Source: Auanema rhodensis
Lineage: Eukaryota; Animalia; Nematoda
Reading direction: 5' to 3'
Length of the DNA: 64,000 nt
Assembly (NCBI GenBank): GCA_964057225.1
Contig: OZ059897.1
Coordinates: forward strand, 496,001-560,000
Below, piece by piece: positions 14,201 through 28,162 of this stretch. Position numbers and translations under genes: made by a program. Every line of letters starts with the position of its first letter. The first letter of the stretch is position 1. The notes beneath the pieces were generated by a model. It had not been told where the DNA came from. It ran no database searches and saw only the letters and a list, made by a program, of their open reading frames with translations.

Positions 14201-17200
14201 TCTATAATACGTTATGCATCTCTTGATAATTTTTTCATTCTTCTTTGTATTTGTTAAAATTTCTTCATGTTTTCTCATTGAAAATCCTTCTTGATACTTC
14301 TTCTTTGCTTTTAATACTTCCCCATGAAATGATATTACTTTTTTTGAAACCTGTTCATATTTTAAATGTTTACTGATACTCTATAATACGTTATGCATCT
14401 CTTGATAATTTTTTCATTCTTCTTTGTATTTGTTAAAATTTCTTCATGTTTTCTTATTGAAAATCCTTCTTGATACTTCTTCTTTGCTTTTAATACTTCC
14501 CCATGAAATGATATTACTTTTTTTGAAACCTGTTCATATTTTAAATGTTTACTGATACTCTATAATACGTTATGCATCTCTTGATAATTTTTTCATTCTT
14601 CTTTGTATTTGTTAAAATTTCTTCATGTTTTCTTACTGAAAATCCTTCCTGATACTTCTTCTCTGCTTTTAATATTTCCCCATGAATTGATATTACTTTT
14701 TTTGAAATCTGTTCATATTCCAAATGTTTACTGATACTCTATAATACGTTATGCATCTCTTGATAATTTTTTCATTCTTCTTTGTATTTGTTAAAATTTC
14801 TTCATGTTTTCTCATTGAAAATCCTTCTTGATACTTCTTCTTTGCTTTTAATACTTCCCCATGAAATGATATTACTTTTTTTGAAACCTGTTCATATTTT
14901 AAATGTTTACTGATACTCTATAATACGTTATGCATCTCTTGATAATTTTTTCATTCTTCTTTGTATTTGTTAAAATTTCTTCATGTTTTCTTATTGAAAA
15001 TCCTTCTTGATACTTCTTCTTTGCTTTTAATACTTCCCCATGAATTGATATTACTTTTTTGAAACCTGTTCATACTTCAAATGTTTACTGATACTCTATA
15101 ATATGTTATGCATTTTTCGATAATTTTCTCATTCTTTTTTGTATTTGTTAAAATTTCTTCATGTTTTCTTACTGAAAATCCTTCCTGATACTTCTTCTCT
15201 GCTTTTAATATTTCCCCATGAATTGATATTACTTTTTTTGAAACCTGTTCATATTTTAAATGTTTACTGATACTCTATAATATGTTATGCATCTTTCGAT
15301 AATTTTCTCATTCTTCTTTGTATTTGTTAAAATTTCTTCATGTTTTCTCATTGAAAATCCTTCTTGATACTTTTTTTTGTTTTTAATACTTCCCCATGAA
15401 ATGATATTACTTTTTTTGAAACCTGTTCATATTTTAAATGTTTACTGATACTCTATAATACGTTATGCATCTCTTGATAATTTTTTCATTCTTCTTTGTA
15501 TTTGTTAAAATTTCTTCATGTTTTCTTATTGAAAATCCTTCTTGATACTTCTTCTTTGCTTTTAATACTTCCCCATGAATTGATATTACTTTTTTGAAAC
15601 CTGTTCATACTTCAAATGTTTACTGATACTCTATAATACGTTATGCATCTCTTGATAATTTTTTCATTCTTCTTTGTATTTGTTAAAATTTCTTCATGTT
15701 TTCTTACTGAAAATCCTTCCTGATACTTCTTCTCTGCTTTTAATATTTCCCCATGAATTGATATTACTTTTTTTGAAACCTGTTCATATTCCAAATGTTT
15801 ACTGATACTCTATAATATGTTATGCATCTTTCGATAATTTTCTCATTCTTTTTTGTATTTGTTGAAATTTCTTCATGTTATCTTACTGAAAATGCTTCTT
15901 GATACTTTTTTTTGTTTTTAATACTTCCCCATGAAATGATATTACTTTTTTTGAAACCTGTTCATATTTTAAATGTTTACTGATACTCTATAATACGTTA
16001 TGCATCTCTTGATAATTTTTTCATTCTTCTTTGTATTTGTTAAAATTTCTTCATGTTTTCTTATTGAAAATCCTTCTTGATACTTCTTCTTTGCTTTTAA
16101 TACTTCCCCATGAAATGATATTACTTTTTTTGAAACCTGTTCATATTTTAAATGTTTACTGATACTCTATAATACGTTATGCATCTCTTGATAATTTTTT
16201 CATTCTTCTTTGTATTTGTTAAAATTTCTTCATGTTTTCTTACTGAAAATCCTTCCTGATACTTCTTCTCTGCTTTTAATATTTCCCCATGAATTGATAT
16301 TACTTTTTTTGAAACCTGTTCATATTCCAAATGTTTACTGATACTCTATAATATGTTATGCATCTTTCGATAATTTTCTCATTCTTTTTTGTATTTGTTG
16401 AAATTTCTTCATGTTATCTTACTGAAAATGCTTCTTGATACTTTTTTTTGTTTTTAATACTTCCCCATGAAATGATATTACTTTTTTTGAAACCTGTTCA
16501 TATTTTAAATGTTTACTGATACTCTATAATACGTTATGCATCTCTTGATAATTTTTTCATTCTTCTTTGTATTTGTTAAAATTTCTTCATGTTTTCTTTT
16601 TGAAAATCCTTCTTGATACTTCTTCTTTGCTTTTAATACTTCCCCATGAATTGATATTACTTTTTTGAAACCTGTTCATACTTCAAATGTTTACTGATAC
16701 TCTATAATATGTTATGCATTTTTCGATAATTTTCTCATTCTTTTTTGTATTTGTTAAAATTTCTTCATGTTTTCTTACTGAAAATGCTTCTTGATACTTT
16801 TTTTTGTTTTTAATACTTCCCCATGAAATGATATTACTTTTTTTGAAATCTGTTCATATTTTAAATGTTTACTGATACTCTATAATACGTTATGCATCTC
16901 TTGATAATTTTTTCATTCTTCTTTGTATTTGTTAAAATTTCTTCATGTTTTCTCATTGAAAATCCTTCTTGATACTTCTTCTTTGCTTTTAATACTTCCC
17001 CATGAAATGATATTACTTTTTTTGAAACCTGTTCATATTTTAAATGTTTACTGATACTCTATAATACGTTATGCATCTCTTGATAATTTTTTCATTCTTC
17101 TTTGTATTTGTTAAAATTTCTTCATGTTTTCTTATTGAAAATCCTTCTTGATACTTCTTCTTTGCTTTTAATACTTCCCCATGAAATGATATTACTTTTT

Positions 17201-20200
17201 TTGAAACCTGTTCATATTTTAAATGTTTACTGATACTCTATAATACGTTATGCATCTCTTGATAATTTTTTCATTCTTCTTTGTATTTGTTAAAATTTCT
17301 TCATGTTTTCTTACTGAAAATCCTTCCTGATACTTCTTCTCTGCTTTTAATATTTCCCCATGAATTGATATTACTTTTTTTGAAACCTGTTCATATTCCA
17401 AATGTTTACTGATACTCTATAATATGTTATGCATCTTTCGATAATTTTCTCATTCTTTTTTGTATTTGTTGAAATTTCTTCATGTTATCTTACTGAAAAT
17501 GCTTCTTGATACTTTTTTTTGTTTTTAATACTTCCCCATGAAATGATATTACTTTTTTTGAAACCTGTTCATATTTTAAATGTTTACTGATACTCTATAA
17601 TACGTTATGCATCTCTTGATAATTTTTTCATTCTTCTTTGTATTTGTTAAAATTTCTTCATGTTTTCTTATTGAAAATCCTTCTTGATACTTCTTCTTTG
17701 CTTTTAATACTTCCCCATGAATTGATATTACTTTTTTGAAACCTGTTCATACTTCAAATGTTTACTGATACTCTATAATATGTTATGCATTTTTCGATAA
17801 TTTTCTCATTCTTTTTTGTATTTGTTAAAATTTCTTCATGTTTTCTTACTGAAAATCCTTCTTGATACTTCTTCTTTGCTTTTAAAACTTGATTTTACCA
17901 TGACTTGTTATAACTTTTTTTGAAACCTGTTCATATTTAAAATGTTTACTGATACTCTATAGTACGTTATATATCTCTTGATAATTTTCTCATTCTTATT
18001 TGTATTTGTTGAAATTTCTTCATGTTTTCTTATTGAAAATCCTTCTTGATACTTCTTCTTTGCTTTTAATACTTCCCCATGAATTGATATTACTTTTTTG
18101 AAACCTGTTCATACTTCAAATGTTTACTGATACTCTATAATATGTTATGCATTTTTCGATAATTTTCTCATTCTTTTTTGTATTTGTTAAAATTTCTTCA
18201 TGTTTTCTTACTGAAAATGCTTCTTGATACTTTTTTTTGTTTTTAATACTTCCCCATGAAATGATATTACTTTTTTTGAAATCTGTTCATATTTTAAATG
18301 TTTACTGATACTCTATAATACGTTATGCATCTCTTGATAATTTTTTCATTCTTCTTTGTATTTGTTAAAATTTCTTCATGTTTTCTCATTGAAAATCCTT
18401 CTTGATACTTCTTCTTTGCTTTTAATACTTCCCCATGAAATGATATTACTTTTTTTGAAACCTGTTCATATTTTAAATGTTTACTGATACTCTATAATAC
18501 GTTATGCATCTCTTGATAATTTTTTCATTCTTCTTTGTATTTGTTAAAATTTCTTCATGTTTTCTTATTGAAAATCCTTCTTGATACTTCTTCTTTGCTT
18601 TTAATACTTCCCCATGAAATGATATTACTTTTTTCGAAATCTGTTCATATTTTAAATGTTTACTGATACTCTATAATACGTTATGCATCTCTTGATAATT
18701 TTTTCATTCTTCTTTGTATTTGTTAAAATTTCTTCATGTTTCCTTACTGAAAATCCTTCTTGATACTTCTTCTCTGCTTTTAATACTTCCCCATGAATTG
18801 ATATTACTTTTTTTGAAATCTGTTCATATTTTAAATGTTTACTGATACTCTATAATACGTTATGCATCTCTTGATAATTTTTTCATTCTTCTTTGTATTT
18901 GTTAAAATTTCTTCATGTTTTCTTATTGAAAATCCTTCTTGATACTTCTTCTTTGCTTTTAATACTTCCCCATGAAATGATATTACTTTTTTTGAAACCT
19001 GTTCATATTCCAAATGTTTACTGATACTCTATAATATGTTATGCATCTTTCGATAATTTTCTCATTCTTTTTTGTATTTGTTAAAATTTCTTCATGTTTT
19101 CTTACTGAAAATGCTTCTTGATACTTTTTTTTGTTTTTAATACTTCCCCATGAAATGATATTACTTTTTTTGAAACCTGTTCATATTCCAAATGTTTACT
19201 GATACTCTATAATATGTTATGCATCTTTCGATAATTTTCTCATTCTTTTTTGTATTTGTTGAAATTTCTTCATGTTATCTTACTGAAAATGCTTCTTGAT
19301 ACTTTTTTTTGTTTTTAATACTTCCCCATGAAATGATATTACTTTTTTCGAAATCTGTTCATATTTTAAATGTTTACTGATACTCTATAATACGTTATGC
19401 ATCTCTTGATAATTTTTTCATTCTTCTTTGTATTTGTTAAAATTTCTTCATGTTTCCTTACTGAAAATGCTTCTTGATACTTCTTCTCTGCTTTTAATAC
19501 TTCCCCATGAATTGATATTACTTTTTTTGAAATCTGTTCATATTTTAAATGTTTACTGATACTCTATAATACGTTATGCATCTCTTGATAATTTTTTCAT
19601 TCTTCTTTGTATTTGTTGAAATTTCTTCATGTTTTCTTATTGAAAATCCTTCTTGATACTTCTTCTTTGCTTTTAATACTTCCCCATGAAATGATATTAC
19701 TTTTTTTGAAACCTGTTCATATTTTAAATGTTTACTGATACTCTATAATACGTTATGCATCTCTTGATAATTTTTTCATTCTTTTTTGTATTTGTTAAAA
19801 TTTCTTCATGTTTTCTTACTGAAAATGCTTCTTGATACTTTTTTTTGTTTTTAATACTTCCCCATGAAATGATATTACTTTTTTTGAAATCTGTTCATAT
19901 TCCAAATGTTTACTGATACTCTATAATATGTTATGCATCTTTCGATAATTTTCTCATTCTTTTTTGTATTTGTTAAAATTTCTTCATGTTTTCTTACTGA
20001 AAATCCTTCCTGATACTTCTTCTCTGCTTTTAATACTTCCCCATGAATTGATATTACTTTTTTTGAAACCTGTTCATATTCCAAATGTTTACTGATACTC
20101 TATAATATGTTATGCATCTTTCGATAATTTTCTCATTCTTTTTTGTATTTGTTGAAATTTCTTCATGTTATCTTACTGAAAATGCTTCTTGATACTTTTT

Positions 20201-23200
20201 TTTGTTTTTAATACTTCCCCATGAAATGATATTACTTTTTTTGAAATCTGTTCATATTTTAAATGTTTACTGATACTCTATAATACGTTATGCATCTCTT
20301 GATAATTTTTTCATTCTTCTTTGTATTTGTTGAAATTTCTTCATGTTTTCTTATTGAAAATCCTTCTTGATACTTCTTCTTTGCTTTTAATACTTCCCCA
20401 TGAAATGATATTACTTTTTTTGAAACCTGTTCATATTTTAAATGTTTACTGATACTCTATAATACGTTATGCATCTCTTGATAATTTTTTCATTCTTTTT
20501 TGTATTTGTTAAAATTTCTTCATGTTTTCTTACTGAAAATGCTTCTTGATACTTTTTTTTGTTTTTAATACTTCCCCATGAAATGATATTACTTTTTTTG
20601 AAATCTGTTCATATTCCAAATGTTTACTGATACTCTATAATATGTTATGCATCTTTCGATAATTTTCTCATTCTTTTTTGTATTTGTTAAAATTTCTTCA
20701 TGTTTTCTTACTGAAAATCCTTCCTGATACTTCTTCTCTGCTTTTAATACTTCCCCATGAATTGATATTACTTTTTTTGAAACCTGTTCATATTCCAAAT
20801 GTTTACTGATACTCTATAATATGTTATGCATCTTTCGATAATTTTCTCATTCTTTTTTGTATTTGTTGAAATTTCTTCATGTTATCTTACTGAAAATGCT
20901 TCTTGATACTTTTTTTTGTTTTTAATACTTCCCCATGAAATGATATTACTTTTTTTGAAATCTGTTCATATTTTAAATGTTTACTGATACTCTATAATAC
21001 GTTATGCATCTTTTGATAATTTTTTCATTCTTCTTTGTATTTGTTAAAATTTCTTCATGTTTTCTTACTGAAAATCCTTCTTGATACTTCTTCTCTGCTT
21101 TTAATACTTACCCATGAATTGATATTACTTTTTTTGAAACCTGTTCATATTCCAAATGTTTACTGATACTCTATAATATGTTATACATCTCTTGATAATT
21201 TTCTCATTCTTATTTGTATTTGTTAAAATTTCTTCATGTTATCTTACTGAAAATGCTTCTTGATACTTTTTTTTGTTTTTAATACTTCCCCATGAAATGA
21301 TATTACTTTTTTTGAAATCTGTTCATATTTAAAATGTTTACTGATGCTCTATAGTACGTTATATATCTCTTGATAATTTTCTCATTCTTATTTGTATTTG
21401 TTGAAATTTCTTCATGTTTTCTTAATGAAAATCCTTCTTGATACTTCTTCTTTGCTTTTAATACTTCCCCATGAAATGATATTACTTTTTTTGAAACCTG
21501 TTCATATTTTAAATGTTTACTGATACTCTATAATACGTTATGCATCTCTTGATAATTTTTTCATTCTTCTTTGTATTTGTTAAAATTTCTTCATGTTTTC
21601 TTATTGAAAATCCTTCTTGATACTTCTTCTTTGCTTTTAATACTTCCCCATGAAATGATATTACTTATTTTGAAACCTGTTCATATTTTAAATGTTTACT
21701 GATACTCTATAATACGTTATGCATCTCTTGATAATTTTTTCATTCTTCTTTGTATTTGTTAAAATTTCTTCATGTTTTCTTACTGAAAATCCTTCCTGAT
21801 ACTTCTTCTCTGCTTTTAATACTTCCCCATGAATTGATATTACTTTTTTTGAAACCTGTTCATATTCCAAATGTTTACTGATACTCTATAATATGTTATG
21901 CATCTTTCGATAATTTTCTCATTCTTTTTTGTATTTGTTGAAATTTCTTCATGTTATCTTACTGAAAATGCTTCTTGATACTTTTTTTTGTTTTTAATAC
22001 TTCCCCATGAAATGATATTACTTTTTTTGAAATCTGTTCATATTTTAAATGTTTACTGATACTCTATAATACGTTATGCATCTTTTGATAATTTTTTCAT
22101 TCTTCTTTGTATTTGTTAAAATTTCTTCATGTTTTCTTACTGAAAATCCTTCTTGATACTTCTTCTCTGCTTTTAATACTTACCCATGAATTGATATTAC
22201 TTTTTTTGAAATCTGTTCATATTTTAAATGTTTACTGATACTCTATAATACGTTATGCATCTCTTGATAATTTTTTCATTCTTTTTTGTATTTGTTAAAA
22301 TTTCTTCATGTTATCTTACTGAAAATGCTTCTTGATACTTTTTTTTGTTTTTAATACTTCCCCATGAAATGATATTACTTTTTTTGAAATCTGTTCATAT
22401 TTAAAATGTTTACTGATGCTCTATAGTACATTATATATCTCTTGATAATTTTCTCATTCTTATTTGTATTTGTTGAAATTTCTTCATGTTTTCTTAATGA
22501 AAATCCTTCTTGATACTTCTTCTTTGCTTTTAATACTTCCCCATGAAATGATATTACTTTTTTTGAAACCTGTTCATATTTTAAATGTTTACTGATACTC
22601 TATAATACGTTATGCATCTCTTGATAATTTTTTCATTCTTCTTTGTATTTGTTAAAATTTCTTCATGTTTTCTTATTGAAAATCCTTCTTGATACTTCTT
22701 CTTTGCTTTTAATACTTCCCCATGAAATGATATTACTTATTTTGAAACCTGTTCATATTTTAAATGTTTACTGATACTCTATAATACGTTATGCATCTCT
22801 TGATAATTTTTTCATTCTTCTTTGTATTTGTTAAAATTTCTTCATGTTTTCTTACTGAAAATCCTTCCTGATACTTCTTCTCTGCTTTTAATACTTCCCC
22901 ATGAATTGATATTACTTTTTTTGAAACCTGTTCATATTCCAAATGTTTACTGATACTCTATAATATGTTATGCATCTTTCGATAATTTTCTCATTCTTTT
23001 TTGTATTTGTTGAAATTTCTTCATGTTATCTTACTGAAAATGCTTCTTGATACTTTTTTTTGTTTTTAATACTTCCCCATGAAATGATATTACTTTTTTT
23101 GAAATCTGTTCATATTTTAAATGTTTACTGATACTCTATAATACGTTATGCATCTTTTGATAATTTTTTCATTCTTCTTTGTATTTGTTAAAATTTCTTC

Positions 23201-26200
23201 ATGTTTTCTTACTGAAAATCCTTCTTGATACTTCTTCTCTGCTTTTAATACTTACCCATGAATTGATATTACTTTTTTTGAAACCTGTTCATATTTCAAA
23301 TGTTTACTGATACTCTATAATATGTTATACATCTCTTGATAATTTTCTCATTCTTATTTGTATTTGTTAAAATTTCTTCATGTTTTCTTAATGAAAATCC
23401 TTCTTGATACTTCTTCTTTGCTTTTAAAACTTGATTTCCCCATGAGTTGATATTACTTTTTTTGAAACCTGTTCATATTTTAAATGTTTACTGATACTCT
23501 ATAATATGTTATACATCTCTTGATAATTTTCTCATTCTTATTTGTATTTGTTAAAATTTCTTCATGTTTTCTTACTGAAAATGCTTCTTGATACTTTTTT
23601 TTTGTTTTTAATACTTGATTTTACCATGACTTGATATTACTTTCTTTCGTATCCTGTTCATGTAGTTAATAATAGTTTACTCTAGTATACTTTGTACATC
23701 TCCTGATAATTTTCTCATTCTACTTTGTATTCTTTAAAAATTCTTAATGTTTTCTTACTGAAAATCCTTCTTGATACTTCTTCTCTGCTTTTAATACTTC
23801 CCCATGAATTGATATTACTTTTTTTGAAACCTGTTCATATTCCAAATGTTTACTGATACTCTATAATATGTTATGCATCTTTCGATAATTTTCTCATTCT
23901 TTTTTGTATTTGTTGAAATTTCTTCATGTTATCTTACTGAAAATGCTTCTTGATACTTTTTTTTGTTTTTAATACTTCCCCATGAAATGATATTACTTTT
24001 TTTGAAATCTGTTCATATTTTAAATGTTCACTGATACTCTATAATTTGTTATGCATCTCTTGATAATTTTTTCATTCTTCTTTGTATTTGTTAAAATTTC
24101 TTCATGTTTTCTTACTGAAAATCCTTCCTGATACTTCTTCTCTGCTTTTAATACTTCCCCATGAATTGATATTACTTTTTTTGAAACCTGTTCATATTCC
24201 AAATGTTTACTGATACTCTATAATATGTTATGCATCTTTCGATAATTTTCTCATTCTTTTTTGTATTTGTTGAAATTTCTTCATGTTATCTTACTGAAAA
24301 TGCTTCTTGATACTTTTTTTTGTTTTTAATACTTCCCCATGAAATGATATTACTTTTTTTGAAATCTGTTCATATTTTAAATGTTCACTGATACTCTATA
24401 ATTTGTTATGCATCTCTTGATAATTTTTTCATTCTTCTTTGTATTTGTTAAAATTTCTTCATGTTTTCTTACTGAAAATCCTTCCTGATACTTCTTCTCT
24501 GCTTTTAATACTTCCCCATGAATTGATATTACTTTTTTTGAAATCTGTTCATATTTTAAATGTTTACTGATACTCTATAATACGTTATGCATCTTTTGAT
24601 AATTTTTTCATTCTTTTTTGTATTTGTTGAAATTTCTTCATGTTATCTTACTGAAAATGCTTCTTGATACTTTTTTTTGTTTTTAATACTTCCCCATGAA
24701 ATGATATTACTTTTTTTGAAATCTGTTCATATTTTAAATGTTTACTGATACTCTATAATACGTTATGCATCTCTTGATAATTTTCTCATTCTTATTTGTA
24801 TTTGTTAAAATTTCTTCATGTTTTCTTTATGAAAATCCTTCTTGATACTTCTTCTTTGCTTTTAAAACTTGATTTCCCCATGAGTTGATATTACTTTTTT
24901 TGAAACCTGTTCATATTTTAAATGTTTACTGATACTCTATAATATGTTATACATCTCTTGATAATTTTCTCATTCTTCTTTGTATTTGTTAAAATTTCTT
25001 CATGTTTTCTTATTGAAAATCCTTCTTGATACTTCTTCTTTGCTTTTAATACTTCCCCATGAAATGATATTACTTTTTTCGAAATCTGTTCATATTTTAA
25101 ATGTTTACTGATACTCTATAATACGTTATGCATCTCTTGATAATTTTTTCATTCTTCTTTGTATTTGTTAAAATTTCTTCATGTTTTCTTACTGAAAATC
25201 CTTCTTGATACTTCTTCTCTGCTTTTAATACTTCCCCATGAATTGATATTACTTTTTTTGAAACCTGTTCATATTCCAAATGTTTACTGATACTCTATAA
25301 TATGTTATGCATCTTTCGATAATTTTCTCATTCTTTTTTGTATTTGTTAAAATTTCTTCATGTTTTCTTACTGAAAATGCTTCTTGATACTTTTTTTTGT
25401 TTTTAATACTTCCCCATGAAATGATATTACTTTTTTTGAAATCTGTTCATATTTTAAATGTTTACTGATACTCTATAATACGTTATGCATCTCTTGATAA
25501 TTTTTTCATTCTTCTTTGTATTTGTTAAAATTTCTTCATGTTTTCTTACTGAAAATCCTTCTTGATACTTCTTCTCTGCTTTTAATACTTCCCCATGAAT
25601 TGATATTACTTTTTTTGAAACCTGTTCATATTCCAAATGTTTACTGATACTCTATAATATGTTATGCATCTTTCGATAATTTTCTCATTCTTTTTTGTAT
25701 TTGTTGAAATTTCTTCATGTTATCTTACTGAAAATGCTTCTTGATACTTTTTTTTGTTTTTAATACTTCCCCATGAAATGATATTACTTTTTTTGAAACC
25801 TGTTCATATTTTAAATGTTTACTGATACTCTATAGTACGTTATATATCTCTTGATAATTTTCTCATTCTTATTTGTATTTGTTGAAATTTCTTCATGTTT
25901 TCTTATTGAAAATCCTTCTTGATACTTCTTCTTTGCTTTTAATACTTACCCATGAATTGATATTACTTTTTTTGAAACCTGTTCATATTTCAAATGTTTA
26001 CTGATACTCTAGTATACTTTGTACATCTTCCGATAATTTTGTCATTCTTCTTTGTATTCTTTAAAATTTCTTCATGTTTTTCTTACTGAAAATCCTTCTT
26101 GATACTTCTTCTTTGCTTTTAAAACTTGATTTTACCATGACTTGTTATAACTTTTTTTGAAACCTGTTCATATTTAAAATGTTTACTGATACTCTATAGT

Positions 26201-26648
26201 AGATTATGTATCTCTTGATAATTTTCTCATTCTTCTTTGTATTTGTTAAAATTTCTTCATGTTTTCCTACTGAAAATGCTTCTTGATACTTTTTTTTTGT
26301 TTTTAATACTTGATTTTACCATGACTTGTTATAACTTTCTTTCGTATCCTGTTCATGGAATAAATAATAGTTTACTCTAGTATACTTTGTACATCTCCTG
26401 ATAATTTTCTCATTCTTAATTGTATTCTTTAAAATTTCTTCATGTTTTCTTACTGAAAATGCTTCTTGATACTTTTTCTTTGTTTTTAATACTTGATTTT
26501 TCAATGACTTGATATAACTTTCTTTCGTATCCTGTTCATGGATAAAATAATAGTTTACTCTAGTATACTTTGTACATCTCTTGATAATTTTCTCATTCTT
26601 CTTTGTATTTGTTAAAATTTCTTCATGTTTTCTTACTGAAAATGCTTC
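5283..26648 (-). repeat. Satellite A array, inverted block (~21.4 kb, mostly 178/179-bp monomers with local HORs)
   Basis: Reverse complement of the same monomer, e.g. CTTCTTGATACTT and TACTTCCCCATGAA. The same pseudo-ORF (MEYEQVSKK...) now appears on the - strand at spacings of 357, 536, 714, 1071/1072, 1251 and 1433 bp. Confidence 0.97.
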
Positions 26649-27312
26649 AAGTATTAAAAACAAAAAAAAGTATCAAGAAGCATCTTCAGTAGGAAAACAT
26701 AAAAAAATTTTAACAAATACCAAGAAGAATGAGAAAATTATCAAGAGATATATAACGTACTATAGAGTATCAGTAAACATTTTAAATATAAACAGGTTTC
26801 CAAAAAAGTTATAACAAGTCATGATAAAATCAAGTATTAAAAGCAAAGAAGAAGTATCAAGAAGTATTTTCAGTAAGAAAACATGAAGAATTTTTAAAGA
26901 ATACAAAGTAGAATGAGAAAATTTTCAGGAGATGTACAGAGTATACTAGAGTAAACTATTATTTATTTCATGAGCAGGATACGAAAGAAAGTTATATCAT
27001 GTCATGGTAAAATCAAGTATTAAAAACAAAGAAAAAGTGTTAAGAAGCATTTTGTTTTGGAAAATTTCTACAAATACAAATAAGAACAAACAATTATCAA
27101 GAGATGTACAAATTATACTACAGTATATAATTATTCATTCCATGAACAGGATACAAAAGAAAGTTATATCAAGTCATTGTAAAATCAAATAATAAAAGCA
27201 AATAAGAAATATCAAGAAGCACTTTCAATAAGAAAATGTGAAGAATTTTCAAGAAATATAAATAAGATCAAACAATTATCAGGAGATGTATAGAGTATAC
27301 TAGAGTAAATAA
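26647..27312 (+). repeat. Satellite A terminal forward block (~3.6 increasingly diverged ~183-bp monomers)
   Basis: Orientation flips back at AATGCTTC|AAGTATTAAAAAC. Monomers carry private changes (GTGTTAAGAAGC, AACAAACAATTATC, a shortened unit near 27050-27070). The last recognisable match is TAGAGTAAATAA ending at 27312. Confidence 0.93.
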
Positions 27313-28162
27313 ACCACGCCCACATTCCTAACGTCAATGAAAGCCGAACTGTACAAATGCTAATATATTAACTAGTTAGCTAAATCTCTCAATATATACA
27401 TTATGTTTATATATATAAGTATAAATATGAAAAAAAAAAGAGAAAAAATAAAAATTTAAAAAAATACAACACTAAGAATATTCAAATTTTCAAAATAGCA
27501 TAAGCAAGCAATGAAAATCTAAACAATCATATCATTTTAAAAAAAAGAAAGAGCGGTTGTAGTCAGCATCATTACTTCAACTTCTAATCAACAACAAGCA
27601 CATAGCACAGATAAGTCAATCACTATTTTATTATTCAATCATATAAATTCAAGACCTTTTCCTCCTTTACCACGTTCAGACATGCTGATCAAGCTGTGTG
27701 TTGAATAGTAACCCTAGCATCTCCGTTCTATACTAGTGCTGTAGAGGTCACCGCGCAAAAACCCATTGTAATCGCCACCAAGCATATTGGCGCTTAATTT
27801 TGCCGCTCAATTCTAGAAATGTATATTTAAATTTTATATAAACGATAAGAATAACATAAACAACTGTTTATTTGCGAATAAACGTGGAATAGAAACATGT
27901 GAGGCATTAGATATGATCACTGTTGTTGTTATCAACATGAAAGCATAATTAATGAAATTCATAAAAAAAAATAGAGATGGATATGGAGTATCAAAGATAG
28001 GGATTCTCCTTTACATAACAGCGAAACATATCATATCAATTATCATTACATAGCAAAAAAAGACAAGACAGACACAGTATTATATTATAAATCATTATGA
28101 ATACATCAAATTTAAATGTGGCCCTAAAGAGGGCCGTTGGGTTGTTGATTAGAAGTTGAAGT
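27313..28162. other. Unique non-satellite island separating the two satellite families
   Basis: No match by eye to either monomer. An A-rich stretch at ~27420-27550 is followed by a more mixed-composition core at ~27550-27810. Confidence 0.9.

Noticed and set aside
1566-27192. Repeated 60-115 aa ORFs (MEYEQVSKK... and others) in satellite A
   Set aside because: Most span about one monomer and start at a TTG produced by a monomer variant. Neighbouring copies have stops or frameshifts, and monomer lengths of 178/179 bp break frame. The Lys/Glu/Ile richness simply reflects A-rich DNA.
27541-27708. Stop-free frame of ~55 codons in the island (KKERAVVVSIITSTSNQQQAH...)
   Set aside because: Short, no upstream start, no recognisable motif. 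An exon fragment cannot be fully excluded without BLASTX or RNA-seq.
27709-27717. Telomere-like TAACCCTAG
   Set aside because: Single copy, expected by chance.
27856-27883. Overlapping small hairpins ATAAACA/TGTTTAT and GTTTATT/AATAAAC
   Set aside because: Short AT-rich stems, unremarkable at this base composition.
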